From assembly GCF_001194135.2 (NCBI RefSeq), contig NC_068986.1:40183998-40247997 (forward strand): a stretch of 64,000 bases of DNA, written 5' to 3'. The stretch comes from Octopus bimaculoides (taxonomy: Eukaryota). Numbering within the stretch: position 1 is the first letter of the stretch; each line of letters begins with the position of its first letter. The notes beneath the pieces are model-generated. The model saw only the letters and a list, made by a program, of their open reading frames with translations. It was not told the DNA's origin and searched no databases. Both the position numbers and the translations under genes were made by a program. Below are positions 37,083 to 51,199 of the stretch, one piece after another.

Positions 37083-38639
37083 GTACGTAGATGTTCAACC
37101 ACGAGTTTGATAAATTTAACGGTGTAATCACATTTGAAACGGATAATTTAGGACTCTAAAAGCGAGAAGGCCCTCTATTTTATGATATGAAAACAGTCTG
37201 TACAGAACGTAATGAAGGTAGAGGTAAAATGCAATTTTTTCGGGGGTGGGGGGAGAGAAAAATCGCGTTTGTATTAAAAACCTCATGAACGACATCATCA
37301 TTCTCCTTTTTTTTTTTTTTTTTTTTTTTTTGTCCAAAACTCACTAGTCGTGGAGGGTTATCTCGACAATGTAACTGTGTTGGTTATTACGTGTTTGAGA
37401 TGCAAGCCACAGAATTGCCTTTTGGATGCTATTCGTCGTTGAGTGTAATCCGTTCGAGTGATGTACTTCAACTGCTATTTCAAAAATGCTTAGAAGATAC
37501 ACTACAACTAGGTACGGAATGATGAGATTTCACTGTCGTCGATTCTGGCGCAATTTAGTCTCTCCTTTTTAGGAGATTAACTTTTGAATGTTACTAGAAG
37601 AATCTGACATTTTGGTGTTGATACATCGTTTGAAATAGAGAACGAAGGGTCAGTTCCGAAACGCCAAACTCTTCATCTCCTCATTGCAAACTTATCCAAA
37701 CTCAAAAACTTTTACATGACATATTGTTTGAACTAGGCTGTTAAAGCGAATATGGTATTAAACAATCAGATCTTAAGTATTGGTTGCAAACCCACTGAAA
37801 GTATTTTGTTGTAATTTGGAACATTTACCCCTAATTTTATATGCCTCAGTTCATCTAACTGGCTCGAATGGTTACTAGGTCTTTTGGGAATGTAATTTGA
37901 GATTAGACTTATCATTCATGTGTTTACAGTATGAAGCCGGAATTAAAACACCGGAGGCATTTATGAGCTTTTAGAATCTCTGGAGTATTCACATGTATAT
38001 TTATATTACATACATGTGTATACTGGTTTTATATTTACTTAAAGTGACTTTGTTTTGACCAGGTGTTCAAACATCTCATAGCTCGAACGCCTGTGTATAA
38101 TTAATACATACGGAGGAGGTCTTTTGTGTTGCACTTAAAAATTTTAATTTCGAAATTGTTTGCATTCATTCACACGATGCTTGGAAAATGTTAACATATG
38201 CAAAATATTGGACATTAGTGAAGTAACATTTCTAAATATTAAAATCGGTGTCTGTATGGTGACTTTGCACTTGTGAATTTATCTGTTAAACACATAAACT
38301 TCAGTCATCAGAGATGATATTGACTTTTTTGATGTTCATTTAATCTCGGTCTCATGTTGCATGACTTTGGTGTACTTATCTAAATGGGTTTGCTTGAATT
38401 TCTATATTCTATTTCTTTTCTTTCACTTGTTTGTGTGTGAGAGTGTGATAGAGTATTGGATAAATACATTCGTTCAGATCGTATTTCATTTGTGAGTAAG
38501 CATATTTATGTCCTACCTGTCCATTAGTAGGAAAAGACTGATTTTCCTTTGTTTTTCGCAGATAAAGCAAAAAAAAAAAAAAAAAAAAAAAAGAGAGATA
38601 GAGAGAACTATTGTAATGTTAGAAACAGTATTATCAAAC

Positions 38640-39420
38640 TGCTTGTAGTTACAAAGATTTTATGCTCTGAGTTCAAATCCAGCCATGGACTTTCATATTT
38701 CCGGCATCGATAAAATATAGTGCTATATAAAAATACTGGAATCGATTTAATCGGCTATACTCTCGCTCAGAATTTGAGGCCTCGTGATAATGTTAGAAAT
38801 CAGCATAAAATTTTATCTAATTATTGTTATTATTTTCTTGAATGAGGGCAACGAGATGGCAAGATCGTTAGAACGTCAGAATGAATTACCGGTGGTATTT
38901 CTCCCAGCTCTTTATGCTCTGGGCTTTATTCCACCGAGGTCAACTTTTCCTTTCATTCTTTCGGGGTCGATGAAATAAAGAACCTGCCAAGTACTGGAAT
39001 CGATGATAGACCAGCCCCTTGCCCCTAAATTTCAAGCCTGGTGACTATAGTAGAAAGGATTATTATTTTCTTAAGTGAAGGTGGTAGGATCGTTAGAATG
39101 TCAAAAGTAATGTCTTGGGTTATTTCTCTCAGCTGTTTATGCCCTGGGTTTTCTTTTACCGAGGTCGACTTCACCTTTTATTCCTTTCGGGATCGTTGAA
39201 AGAAAGTACCACTTAAGTACTGGGTCGATGTTATCGACAAAGTCCTTCTCTTAAAACTGTTGAATTTGTGCCTAAATCAGAAACGATGGTTATTTTCTTG
39301 AGTTTATACTCCACTGAGAGTTCAGGGTCGACAAAATAAGCACCAGTCAAATACTGAGGTTAAATTATTTTACAATTGACTGCTTCCCATCATCAAATTT
39401 GTAGCTCTGTTCCCAGGTTA
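38640..39420 (+). mobile_element. Cluster of several degenerate SINE family B copies in tandem
   Basis: Recurring CCGAGGTCAACTTT..TTCGGGGTCGAT..AAGTACC cores. Confidence 0.75.
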
Positions 39421-39514
39421 CAAATTGTAAAATATAGCATTAAAAAAAAATCTTTATAAGATATCTCTTTGCCGGACTGCCTGAGTGGAGTCGATGAATG
39501 CTTTTGCTTTTCAG

Positions 39515-39569
39515 CCATTCGATGTCAAATATTATGGTCTTCTCTCACTGCAGGTTGTGGCCTTCTTGC
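39515..39569 (+). other. Candidate small exon (alternative acceptor gives 39554-39569)
   Basis: Acceptors TTTTGCTTTTCAG and CTTCTCTCACTGCAG; donor GC|GTATGT; all three frames open. Confidence 0.3.
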
Positions 39570-39786
39570 GTATGTTGTGGTTAAGTAGTAACAACAAAAT
39601 AGGTTTATGTTTGAAAAATATATAAACTTTTACTGCAAAGTTTTTGAGTTGTAATTCAGTCTACGAATGTATCTAACCGTCCTGTCTTGATTGAATACAA
39701 CTAGACTAAAATGCTGAAGTTATTGTGACAAGGATTCAGGTATCTTTTTTTTCACTATTACAGTATTACTCTGCGCATATACTATA

Positions 39787-39978
39787 CAGTAATCACTCGT
39801 CATATCGCGCACTCAGTAAATCGCGGATTTTTCTGGCTAATATATGTAAATTTATATCGCGGACTCCTCAGTATATCGCGGGTTTCTGCGGCCGATAGGT
39901 ATTTATATTTTTTTAGATTTTAATTATTTCTGTGGGAAGTTTTAGAACGTAACACCCGCGATAGTCGAGGGATTACTG
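39787..39978. mobile_element. Tigger/pogo-like MITE with TA TSD
   Basis: TA|CAGTAATCACTCG ... CGAGGGATTACTG|TA. Confidence 0.88.
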
Positions 39979-40762
39979 TATATGTATATATTTATGAATT
40001 TTTATATATACTCAATGTGTTATATATCGTATGGTTTCACATGGGAAAAGGTGTGTGCATGCGCACACGTACATATAGTTATGAATATATGTGTTGTGTT
40101 AAATTTCTCCTCTTCCTTGCAGCAAAATAATTTATTCCACTTTGCTGACTTTCTGTTACATTTTTGCCGACTCAGTCCATTACTAGTTTCCTCTAATTCT
40201 ACTGTTTCACTTTGATCTAAATCTTTATGTGGGTTGTGTATATGATGTTTTGAGCAACTAAACTACCCACGAGATCCATGCTGTGGTTTCATGGATAGCT
40301 AGTTATAACGTACGCACATATATATATATATACATAGAATTTAATTTTTGTAAAGACACCTATGTACACACGCATACATTCTATTCATACTCACATTTTA
40401 GAAACATAGCATTAAAAAAAAAAAAATCAGACTATTCCATTCAGTTTGTAATTCAATTTGCGATTCTACGATAGCTCTCTGTATCCTTACCTACCTCACC
40501 CACGAACAGTTTCCTCTTTAAACAAATTTCAAACTGAAATAAAATTAAATACAAAAAAAGAAAAAGTTTGAAAAATAACAAATCTGAATTCTCATCTTTG
40601 ATTCACTTACTACTGCTATGTAATTTACAAAAATAACCCACTGATATTTGGCCGGGGTGGGGTTTTTTTTTTGTTATTGTTGTGCTCTTCGTTACCACAG
40701 CACAACTGTGCTATATTATTCGTCTAAATTAATCCGGAATCTTTTCTTTGATAGCGATTTAA

Positions 40763-40991
40763 TCCTTTGCCTGTCCCATGTATCACATGTAATATACAGA
40801 GCGTACTACCCTGGTGTCCGTGCATCGTATATGATACACATTTCCATTTTTTTTTTTCGACCAATAAAGAGTAATTTGAGACTTGTGAAAGGAAAGCTTT
40901 ATATTATTCAGAACGTATGACACAAGAGCTTTGCTAAAAGCCAGAAAACAAGCATGGGCGTTTAGGACAAATTATTTGGATAGATAAAGGG
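40763..40991 (+). mobile_element. Second piggyBac-like MITE family (TTAA TSD)
   Basis: TTAA flanks; homologous to 47543-47733(-) and 48161-48360(+). Confidence 0.8.
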
Positions 40992-42584
40992 TTAACAATA
41001 TTCCCCTGTCCCATTTTTGTTGAGGATGTTCTTTCTGAGTGACTCGGGCATTGCAGCGACCCGGCAGCTTGTTTGTGAAAATAACCCACGGAGGAGCGTT
41101 TCATCTATAAGAGCACTGGTTTAAAACCATCAGAGATATGCTCGCATGATCTGATCGCAACAACTCCACCTATACGCGATATTAATTTGATTGTTACAAT
41201 TGTACCATGGATCTATGATGGCTCCCGCTTGGTTGTTAAAACAAATGGATTTACCTGCTCATTGAATTACCGTGTAAGTGGCTGAACATTCGACAATCAT
41301 TTGAACTTTTTAATTACCAGTACCGTCTACCCAATTTCTCTCAGAAGATTTGGGTTGAACAGAGGTAATAGAAAAATGACAGTTGTTCAAAATGATACAC
41401 TGGTTTCGAACCCAAGAACTCGAATTTAACCATTCGGCCATCACACACACACACACATATTACCTTTATATTATAGGCATAAGGCTTGAAATTTTGTGGG
41501 AGGGAGCTAGTCTATCACTTTGACCCCAGTGTTCAATTGGTACTATATTTCATTGGCCCTGAAAGATGAAAGGAAAAGTCAACCTCGGCGGCATTTGTAC
41601 TCTGAAGGTAAAGATTGACAAAATGCTCCCGCTAACCATTTTGTCCAGTCTACTAACAATTCTGCCTTTCACACACACACACGCGCATGCATGCATATAT
41701 ATATATATATATATATATGACGGCGTGGTTGCAGCAGCAATGCTTTTGATTTGCTGCTAAACAACCTATCAATCATTGGTTAAGCAAGAGAGAGTCGATG
41801 ACTAATTCTCTAACACTGTATCATATAAGGGGAACCTAGGTAAGCCGTAGAATTTTCAAAAATCTAATTTAAAACTTTAGAAGATTCATATTAATGCTTG
41901 AGCGTCTGGAAGAAACCTGTAATTCCTTATTTTTGTTTATTAAAGGTAAGCAGTGAGGTTTCTGAAGCCCTTATGCGAAATGCGCTAGTCATTTAAAAAA
42001 AAAAAAATTAATCTCCAGCTGTGAATACTTCGATGCAGTCGCTCGACCTGCTACCATCAGCAGCTAAATGATTCACTAACGTCACCTTAGTACCCTTTCT
42101 AAACAAAGAAGAGAAAAAAAAGGATGTTTGGATAATGTAATGTCAGCTACACCAAATCTGAAAAGAAGAAAAAAAGAAAAACATTAATTCACTAGCAACG
42201 AAGTCTGTTTGATCAACATCAACCAGACATAGCTAAGTAGACATACGATCAGATACCGAAATAATGTATCTTTTTATTCCCAATGTATCTTTATTGATAA
42301 AATTGGTGTGCTATGAGGTAAAATATTATTCACAGTTACTGCTTATTGGGCGTTTTTTTTCTTTCTTTTTCATCTTCTATCATCATTGTCGTCGCCTGTT
42401 TATTTTAAGCCGGCAGTCTAACGCGGCAACATCAATGTAATGGGGAAACTATAGAGAAGCCTCGAAATATGGATGATATATACAGACGTATTTTGTCTTC
42501 GTCCTTCGCATACTTCATATTTTTTTTTTTTGCACTATAAAAAAATGTAATTATTTGGATAATAGTTTTATTCTTTTATCGTGA

Positions 42585-42975
42585 ACTGCGACCATGCTGG
42601 GGCACTGCCTTGAAGTCGAATAAATCGACTCCAGGATTTCTATCGGTTTATTTTGTCAAACTGTTGAGTTACAGGCTCGTAAACAGAGCAAGACCGGTCG
42701 TCAAGCAATGATGGGTGGATGGGTGGGGGGAAACAGACACAAAGATACCGGCCGGGCTTCTTTCAGTTTCCGTCTACCAAATCCACTCACAATGCTTTGG
42801 TCGGCCCGAGGCTATAGTAGAAGACACTTGCCCAAGGTTCCACGCAGTGGTACCGAACCCGTAACCATGTTGTTGGGAAGCAAGTTTCTTGCCACACAGC
42901 CACGTCTGCGCAAGTCTTGATATTCTTTTGTTTCACTCATTTGACTGCCTCCTTGCTGGAGCACCGCCTTGAAAA
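42585..42975 (-). mobile_element. SINE family A plus a fragment of its 3' module
   Basis: Reverse complement match. Confidence 0.8.
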
Positions 42976-43527
42976 TTTTTTTAATGATTCATCCTGTGTT
43001 TCTTAAAGAGTTGTTTACTCGTCAAATGTTTGCCTCACTCAAAGTTAAGTCGAAGCCTCGAAATAAGCTTCACAATATATAAAAAAAAAGTGTCATTATT
43101 TTATTGGGTTTCCAAAATATTTCCACTGGTTTTTGTTGTCGTTTCCATGCCATCATATTCGATTTCTATCGAATTCAAAGTTTTATCTAAATTGTAACAA
43201 CTCCAGTGTAGCATTTGTAATATTAAACTTCTGTGTCTCTGATATGAAGATAGAAAATATTCTAATTACTTTTCTGCATTTTACTGTGTTTTTCATATAT
43301 TTGTGTTTTGTGGTTGATCACATACAAAACCTCCTCGCCGCTCTACATGCTAGAAGTAGCAGTCAAATCCCTTTAAAATCATTCTATATAATCTATTCTT
43401 AAGTACACTATACCGAGGAAAAAGACGTGATGATCACGACTGGAATACCTTTTTTCGGTCATAAGTCTGCTCGATCAGGGCTGATTTGAGGCTACACTCA
43501 ACATGCAAATAGGATAAATGCTGCCTA

Positions 43528-43795
43528 TATCCTCGTTTATCGCGGATACATTCATCACTGATTCAAGATAACACGTTACAATAATTCTGAACCGTGTTAT
43601 GCTTATCGCGAATTGATCTGTGATAACACGGATCGTCGGTCGGTCAAAGATTCTGCTCTGATCTCAGCGACCATCTACAATGCTCAGTAAAACTTGGGGT
43701 CTCGGAACTAACTTATTGTCCCCCATTATTCATTTATCACTTATTCATTTAACACGGTAGTTTTGGGAACTAAACACCCACGTTAAACGAGGATA
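43528..43795. mobile_element. Tc/mariner-type MITE
   Basis: TIR TATCCTCGTTTA / TAAACGAGGATA. Confidence 0.7.
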
Positions 43796-45663
43796 GATGT
43801 AATAAATACTTGCAGAAGGGGTTCCTGGATACAGTATGAATGGGGGAGGGCAATTCTTTTATTATTACTTCGTTATTACTTTTAGTAAGTACGCAGGCTT
43901 ATTACATTACTTCTGTGTTTAATGGCAGTCTTCCATAACGCATTTTATCACTTCGGACAACTAACTATTCCTTTTAACTTGAAATTTTTATTTTGTTTAT
44001 ATTTTATATTATCCTACCCACTTTTTTTCTTTCTTAATTCTTTATCTTTTTTTTAACAACCTACAAAAGTAGAATGGTTGAAGATAGAATACTTATTTTT
44101 TTCTTCGTGGGGGCAACTCCCTGCCGCAAAAGCTGATAAGGAAACTATGCTTAATTGATAAAGGATGTTGTTGGTAGGGTTTACTTTTTGTTTCACTCCA
44201 CTCCAGCTTTTTAATATAGCTTGGAGAAATGTCATGGTTAGTTAGAATAATTTCTTTTGACATTCATTATGAATAAAAGATATTTTACTGAATGTTCTAT
44301 CAAATTGATTTTCTTTTTTGTTTTTACTTAACACTTCAGTACATCTTATCCTCCATACAGCTGGGTTTATTATACAGGCCTGTGTGAAATAAAACATTTC
44401 ATGGCATATTTTTTTAATTCTTTATATAGTATTTATTTATTTATTGTTAGTCGTTCCCCCCCNNNNNNNNNNTCCTTCTGCGAATTTTACAGCTGTAGCA
44501 TTTAACTTCTAAGTTATATAGATAATTTAACAATCTTCTTACAACACCGTAAACCATTCACTACAGTAATTACTGGGCTTTTGAACAGGTAGATCAACCA
44601 CACTACTACTGCTGGTTTATTTTTCTCTGCATCACACGCCAAAGTTTTCTGACCTAGAAAACCATAGTTAACCTTTGCCGTTGCACTCAAAATGATCAAA
44701 TTGTTTTGACAGAATATGGCATGCAAAAGCTATTGGACGTCTCTTATCTTAGAGATTATGATCCCAGAATCAATTACTTGGATCTAGAGCTTTCTTCTTC
44801 CTAAATCTCCTATATCTAATTGCATCACTAATAACTCTGAACGCCAGCAATTCAGGTATCCTTAAAAGCCTCTTCGTGGCTTTCTTTCATCCTATCGCTT
44901 GCTTTCTAGCAATCTCTGCTTGTATCAAACAATTTCTTGGCTATTGATATAATCCCTTATTTCCAAGCGTTAGTTTTGTTCTATTTCCAACTAACATCAG
45001 CTGTTCCTGCCAGACATCCAGTGATCCTGCTAGAGAAAGTTTTTAGACTTCTCCGTGAATTTGGCGATGGAAATTCGTGATATTTATTATAAAAATGTAA
45101 GGTAAATAGAATAGCACAAATGGAAATTAAAACAACTTCTCCGTGAAAACTTCCATTTAACAGTGTTTGTCTTATACAATTCTTACAAAGAGAAAATAGT
45201 TTAAGTTCAGTGTGATTTATTTGCCTCGAGTTATGCCATACTGATGATTCGAAATAAGGATGAAATAGTGCTATGCATGACTACAAGCGATTGGAAATTT
45301 TATAGCGTTCATAATGCGTAGGAGAAAAACAAACGTTAAACGATTATATTCTATGTATCATTTTCGTTACTCCTTGATTTAGAATTCGGCATACTTAAAC
45401 AAGTATGCCCCAACCCGATTTTGTTTCCTCACGACTTTAAAAAAAATGAATATTTTTTGATGAAATTTTCAACAAAAATCTTTCTGGTGGTGTAGATTTC
45501 GGTTGTATCGGAATTTGTTGTGAAAATCTTTTTCAGAGTGTGGCGTATAGGAGTTTCGAATAATTCACACTAGTTGACTTAAGTTCATAACTTTAAGAAA
45601 AACGGCTATTTTTAAATGAAACTTTCTACAAATACCTGTCAGATGGTGTAGATTACGATTTTA

Positions 45664-46616
45664 GGATCTTTTTTAAAACGGGGGCCACATTTTTCATTAA
45701 CGAAACACTTTGAAACTTGGAACACTGGTAGAATGTGTCATATAAAACATCTTTTTCTCTCAGTCTTCTTAAAAAAAAAGAAATCCCTAAGTTATTCCAT
45801 GTTAAAGTTGTCGTATTTCTGTAATTTCAACCAATCACTGACGTCCATTCAGCCGATATACATTAAGTGCCGACTACATAAACAAACGATTCTGAAACAA
45901 TTCTATCGGTGTTAGGGTTAGGGTAAAACAGCAAATTTAAAAAGAAAAAAGCAAAACGAAGCTATGGAAATTAAATACGCTTTACACCGCTTAATCAGCC
46001 AAAGGAGTNNNNNNNNNNNNNNNNNNNNNNNNNNNNNNNNNNNNNNNNNNNNNNNNNNNNNNNNNNNNNNNNNNNNNNNNNNNNNNNNNNNNNNNNNNNN
46101 NNNNNNNNNNNNNNNNNNNNNNNNNNNNNNNNNNNNNNNNNNNNNNNNNNNNNNNNNNNNNNNNNNNNNNNNNNNNNNNNNNNNNNNNNNNNNNNNNNNN
46201 NNNNNNNNNNNNNNNNNNNNNNNNNNNNNNNNNNNNNNNNNNNNNNNNNNNNNNNNNNNNNNNNNNNNNNNNNNNNNNNNNNNNNNNNNNNNNNNNNNNN
46301 NNNNNNNNNNNNNNNNNNNNNNNNNNNNNNNNNNNNNNNNNNNNNNNNNNNNNNNNNNNNNNNNNNNNNNNNNNNNNNNNNNNNNNNNNNNNNNNNNNNN
46401 NNNNNNNNNNNNNNNAATGTATATCGGCTGAATGGACGTCAGTGATTGGTTGAAATTACAGAAATACGACAACTTTAACATGGAATAATTTATGGATTTC
46501 TTTTTTTTTAAAGAAGACTAAGAGAAAAAGATGTTTTATATGACACATTCTACCAGTGTTCCAAGTTTCAAAGTGTTTCGTTAATGAAAAATGTGGCCCC
46601 CGTTTTAAAAAAGATC
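45664..46616. mobile_element. Foldback-type element with ~200-bp near-identical inverted arms around a gapped centre
   Basis: 45664-45864 is the reverse complement of 46416-46616 with a few substitutions. Confidence 0.85.
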
Positions 46617-47542
46617 CCAAAATAGATAAGTATACGAAGTTTGAAAGTCTTTCGGTACCAAAAACACTACGTAAAACATTAATGAAAAATGTGGCCCCCG
46701 TTTTAAAAAAGATCCCGATTTTATTGGAATTTAATGTAAAACATAGAATAAGTACTAGGCTTACAAAGAATAAGTCCTGGGGTCGAGTTGTTCAACTAAA
46801 GGCGGTGCTCCAGCATGGCCGCAGTCAAATGACTGAAGCAAATAAAAGAATATAAAATTTATATTGGTACATCATATTGAATAAGAGAAAATCGAAACAA
46901 TTTTGAATATCTTGGCAAATTGTTCCTCTTTAAATCAATAAATAAAATATAGTGTACATTACATTTCAGTATAGAAGCAACTCGACTTCCTGTTACAATA
47001 TATGTTACAATATATGTTAAAATAATTGTTGAATTACAGCTTTCCCGTATATTTTCATCATTGAATAGATGGAGAAAACTCCACTTTTCTTCATAGATTT
47101 AATGTGGTGTAACATGTAAATTAAAACATCAATAATTTTGAAGATGGTTTAGAAAGGTGTTTGAGAATGCTTGTTTTACTTTTTTTTAATATAGTGTCTT
47201 AATTAGTTTGTACAAATATTTTCTTTAAAAATGTAAAATACCCCTCACCACCATCACTACAAATGAGGAAAAAAAAGATGGCAAGATATAAAATCAATTG
47301 AAACCATTTAAACCGATACATAGAGTAGGTATCCATGATCAACCATAAAGATGTACGATAAAAGATGAAGATACAATTAACTATCAAAATTAGAATTGTT
47401 GTTGTTGCAAGAGATATAATGCAAGATTTTATTTTATAAAAATTTCTTCTATAAAGCTCCTTATAATTCTAGATTTTTTTCTAAAAATTAAAACACAAAG
47501 TTAGAAATGCAGTAATAGAAATGGTTTCCCAAGATGTTTTAA

Positions 47543-47733
47543 CCCTTTTTGCCTGTCTAAAGCATTTCCCTGAACGTCCATTCTTGTTTTCAGACTTTTA
47601 CTTAGCCCTTGTTTCATACGTTCTCAGTAACATAAAAATTTCCTTTCAAAATTCCAATTTTTTTCAACTTCTAGAATGATGAATGTACGCCGGGGTAACA
47701 TGCCCTGTGTATCATGCTATATACGGGACAGGT
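47543..47733 (-). mobile_element. piggyBac-like MITE (family of 40763)
   Basis: TTAA flanks 47539-47542 and 47734-47737. Confidence 0.8.
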
Positions 47734-48160
47734 TTAATACGAAGTTGAATATTTTGGATCATTTAGGCTGTTATATACCAGATAGAATCTAGCATAAAAT
47801 CAGTATGAATATCTGCATTTGTGTGGAAATGCAATCCCAAAACGTCGGATCTGCTTTGTCAAGCGGAAAATATCCAATATTTCATCTATTAAGTTCAAGA
47901 AAGAAATAAGAAGGTTTTTTTTTTTTAAAGACTTTTTTCTTATTTTGCTAAAGTTGTCGAATAAGCAACGGCTACATTCACCCAATTTACAAATGAAGCG
48001 ATATAAGTAACTACTAAAACTAATTTAAACTTGGCTAATTACGATTTTATAGACATAAAACAGCACACCTTAGTATTTTTGAGATTTTCGGAGAGTCCAC
48101 ATGTGTAGCGTAAATATTAATTTCTGAGCTAATAGAGGAGCCTGTGATTAGATTAATTAA

Positions 48161-48360
48161 CCCTTTGCCGCTTGTATATCACATGTAATACACAAGACAT
48201 ATTTCCCTGGCGTCCATACATCATATATGATATACATTCTTGTTATACTCAGCTATCTGAGTAACTGGGAACTTATGAAAGAAAGCTTTATATTACTCAG
48301 AAGCTATGAAACAAAGGTTAACTAAAAGTCTGAAAACAAGTATGGACGTTTAGGACTAAC
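48161..48360 (+). mobile_element. piggyBac-like MITE, 3'-truncated
   Basis: TTAA|CCCTTTGCC start; internal match to 40763. Confidence 0.75.
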
Positions 48361-51199
48361 CTATGAAAATATTAAACAGACTGAATTACCCTTTTATAGT
48401 ATATTTCATAAAGAGTAGAACATCATACTTTAGAGTTTTTGTAGACATTAGTGGAGACAAGCTTGTCAATTCTGTGGTCCCTACCCCTGTTTTTTCATTG
48501 TTTTTTTTCAAGTATCTCGATGGGATTCCCTTAAATGCCTTTTAATGCATCAAGTTCGTTCTTTTATTTTGATACGGTAGCACATTGAAATTTGCAAGAT
48601 AAATTTAGGACTGATACCAAATGCAAAAATATTCTCAATGTTGCTCTACGCATATCGGTCTTTTAAAGGTATTCTACAAAAAAAAAAAAAACCTCTTTAG
48701 AAACCACTAGGTATCTTGTAACCTTCGTCTCATCACTTAAATGGCATCAAGCTCATAAAATGTTTATTTGTATGTGGAGCAAGACTAGAAGAGTGATCAA
48801 CCATTTGTATTTGCTGATGCTTTTGTACAGCAAGGTAACTAAGAATTTACAGTAATCGTATACCTTGTTATTTTCTGAGAACTAAAGTAGATTAGTTCCC
48901 ATCATATGTGTCAAGTAACGTGTAAATATTATTGTAAGATATTGGCTCAACACCTCCTCCCTTAATCTTCCTCTCATGTTATCTCTCCAAAATGTCATAA
49001 TTCCCCTCTCCACCTCAGTCTGTCCAAACACCCTTTTTATTTATTTACTTTATAGTTTGTCTTTTTTTAAAGTATTTTATTTTTATTCTCAATATTTTGT
49101 TCTACACTGGTTGGGTAACTTGACAAAACAGGAACACAATATTTGCTCTGAAATGATTACTATAGCTAGTAATAAAAATAAAGGGACATCTTATTAGTGA
49201 CAATGGCCTGTACTAAATGACCTGATGTTGAAAAAAAAAAAATTAACCCTCACAGTAGACATCTGATATTCCTTCCTTTACTTTCATTATTTTAAAATTG
49301 TTCTAAATTTGTTCAGCTACCAAGATAGATGTTNNNNNNNNNNNNNNNNNNNNNNNNNNNNNNNNNNNNNNNNNNNNNNNNNNNNNNNNNNNNNNNNNNN
49401 NNNNNNNNNNNNNNNNNNNNNNNNNNNNNNNNNNNNNNNNNNNNNNNNNNNNNNNNNNNNNNNNNNNNNNNNNNNNNNNNNNNNNNNNNNNNNNNNNNNN
49501 NNNNNNNNNNNNNNNNNNNNNNNNNNNNNNNNNNNNNNNNNNNNNNNNNNNNNNNNNNNNNNNNNNNNNNNNNNNNNNNNNNNNNNNNNNNNNNNNNNNN
49601 NNNNNNNNNNNNNNNNNNNNNNNNNNNNNNNNNNNNNNNNNNNNNNNNNNNNNNNNNNNNNNNNNNNNNNNNNNNNNNNATATATATATATATATAGTTT
49701 AATTTTTTTATATTCTTATAGAAGTTTATTTAAATATTTATATGTATTTCTATTGCCATCAGGTATTGTGCTTGTGTACATGTATACGTGTGTATAAGTG
49801 TAGATATTTCAGTGCCTGTGCAAGTTCAATATTCGTATGTGTATAGAAATATAGATTTTTTTTTCTTATGAAATATTCTCCCGTTTTCGTTTTTGTTGTT
49901 GTCGTTGTAAATGATGAAAGATTAGCACCCCCTCCCCATTTTATGTTTTGAACACCAAGGGGCTAATTATCTCCCTTTATTTTACAAAATGTCAAATATT
50001 CATAAAAATGAAACCGTACGAAAGGAAACAATTGCCTTATTATTTTTATATACACACTGTTTTGTATGTGTGTGTGTTCGTTAGTGGAATGTTGTTGTTG
50101 GAATTGTGCAGCTTATTCGTCACGAGATACGCTCACTCTGTCTCTCTTTTGCTTCCTCATTCCAATCCATTCCATTTTTGTTTGCGAGCAATGTAGTGTG
50201 TGCAGGGTGTATGGTTCTGGTTTGGTGGCGGGGGGTGAGTAAGGCCAGATAAAGGAAAAGGGCAGGAGATAAAGACTGCATTGTTGGGAAGATAGGCGAG
50301 ATTAAAAGAAAATCGAATAGTGTAGATAGTTAAGGAAAGGAACAATTGAAAAAATAACGTAAAAAAATAAAATAAGGATGCTATTTTAGAGGAATGAAAA
50401 AGAGTAGAGATATCGTTGGTCTCTTCCATACCTGATTAAACAGGCAAGGAAGTCTTCTACGACTCCACACATGTGTCAAAACAGGCATTAATGTAGATGA
50501 GTCTTTCAGTAGGATCTACGATCCAGTTTCAATGCTTGTTGTTATGTAGTTATATAAGTTTACTCGTGCCGTTCATATCACAGAAAAAAAAATGTAGACA
50601 CCGCTTAGAGTAAAATGCTTTTCTTTCTATGTGCTGTTTTTGAAATCAATTATTTCTTTTTAAATGCTAAACTATTCTTTACAGAAATAAACAAAACAAA
50701 CTGTAATATATATATATCGATCAATTCAACGTCAAAGTAATTACTGGTTGTTATTTTATTATCAAGAACTAGTCTGTCTTCAACAGTGAAACGAAATAAC
50801 AAAGACTTTAGTGTGATTTGAACTAAAAAAATGTGGGGTCAATCAAAATAATATTCTTTACATGATACATCGCTCTCTTCCATCTGAGTCGTTAAGCCAC
50901 GACAATTTTTTTCCCTCCTCCTAATCAATACGATTTCCAAATAGTTGTATGATTGAAGAGTTATTTGACACCATTAACAACAGCAGTAGTAGATTGTCAT
51001 TCATTTTCATATAAATCTTTGCAGTGTAACTCCAGCAGCACGTGCTGATCATTATTATATTATCAAAAAATTTAAACATCATTTGATAAAATATCTTATC
51101 TCAATAGGACAATGTATGTTCGTGCGTAGTGTAGATAATTTTAAAATAAAATTAGTATACATGTTTAACCTGTTTGAAAAGCAGATATCACCTTAATAA

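Noticed and set aside
41088-41279. ~60-codon open frame ending at a GTAAGT donor
   Set aside because: No usable acceptor or start upstream in that frame and no recognisable motif.
44500-45050. Possible decayed LINE coding remnant on the minus strand
   Set aside because: Too degraded to assign by eye.
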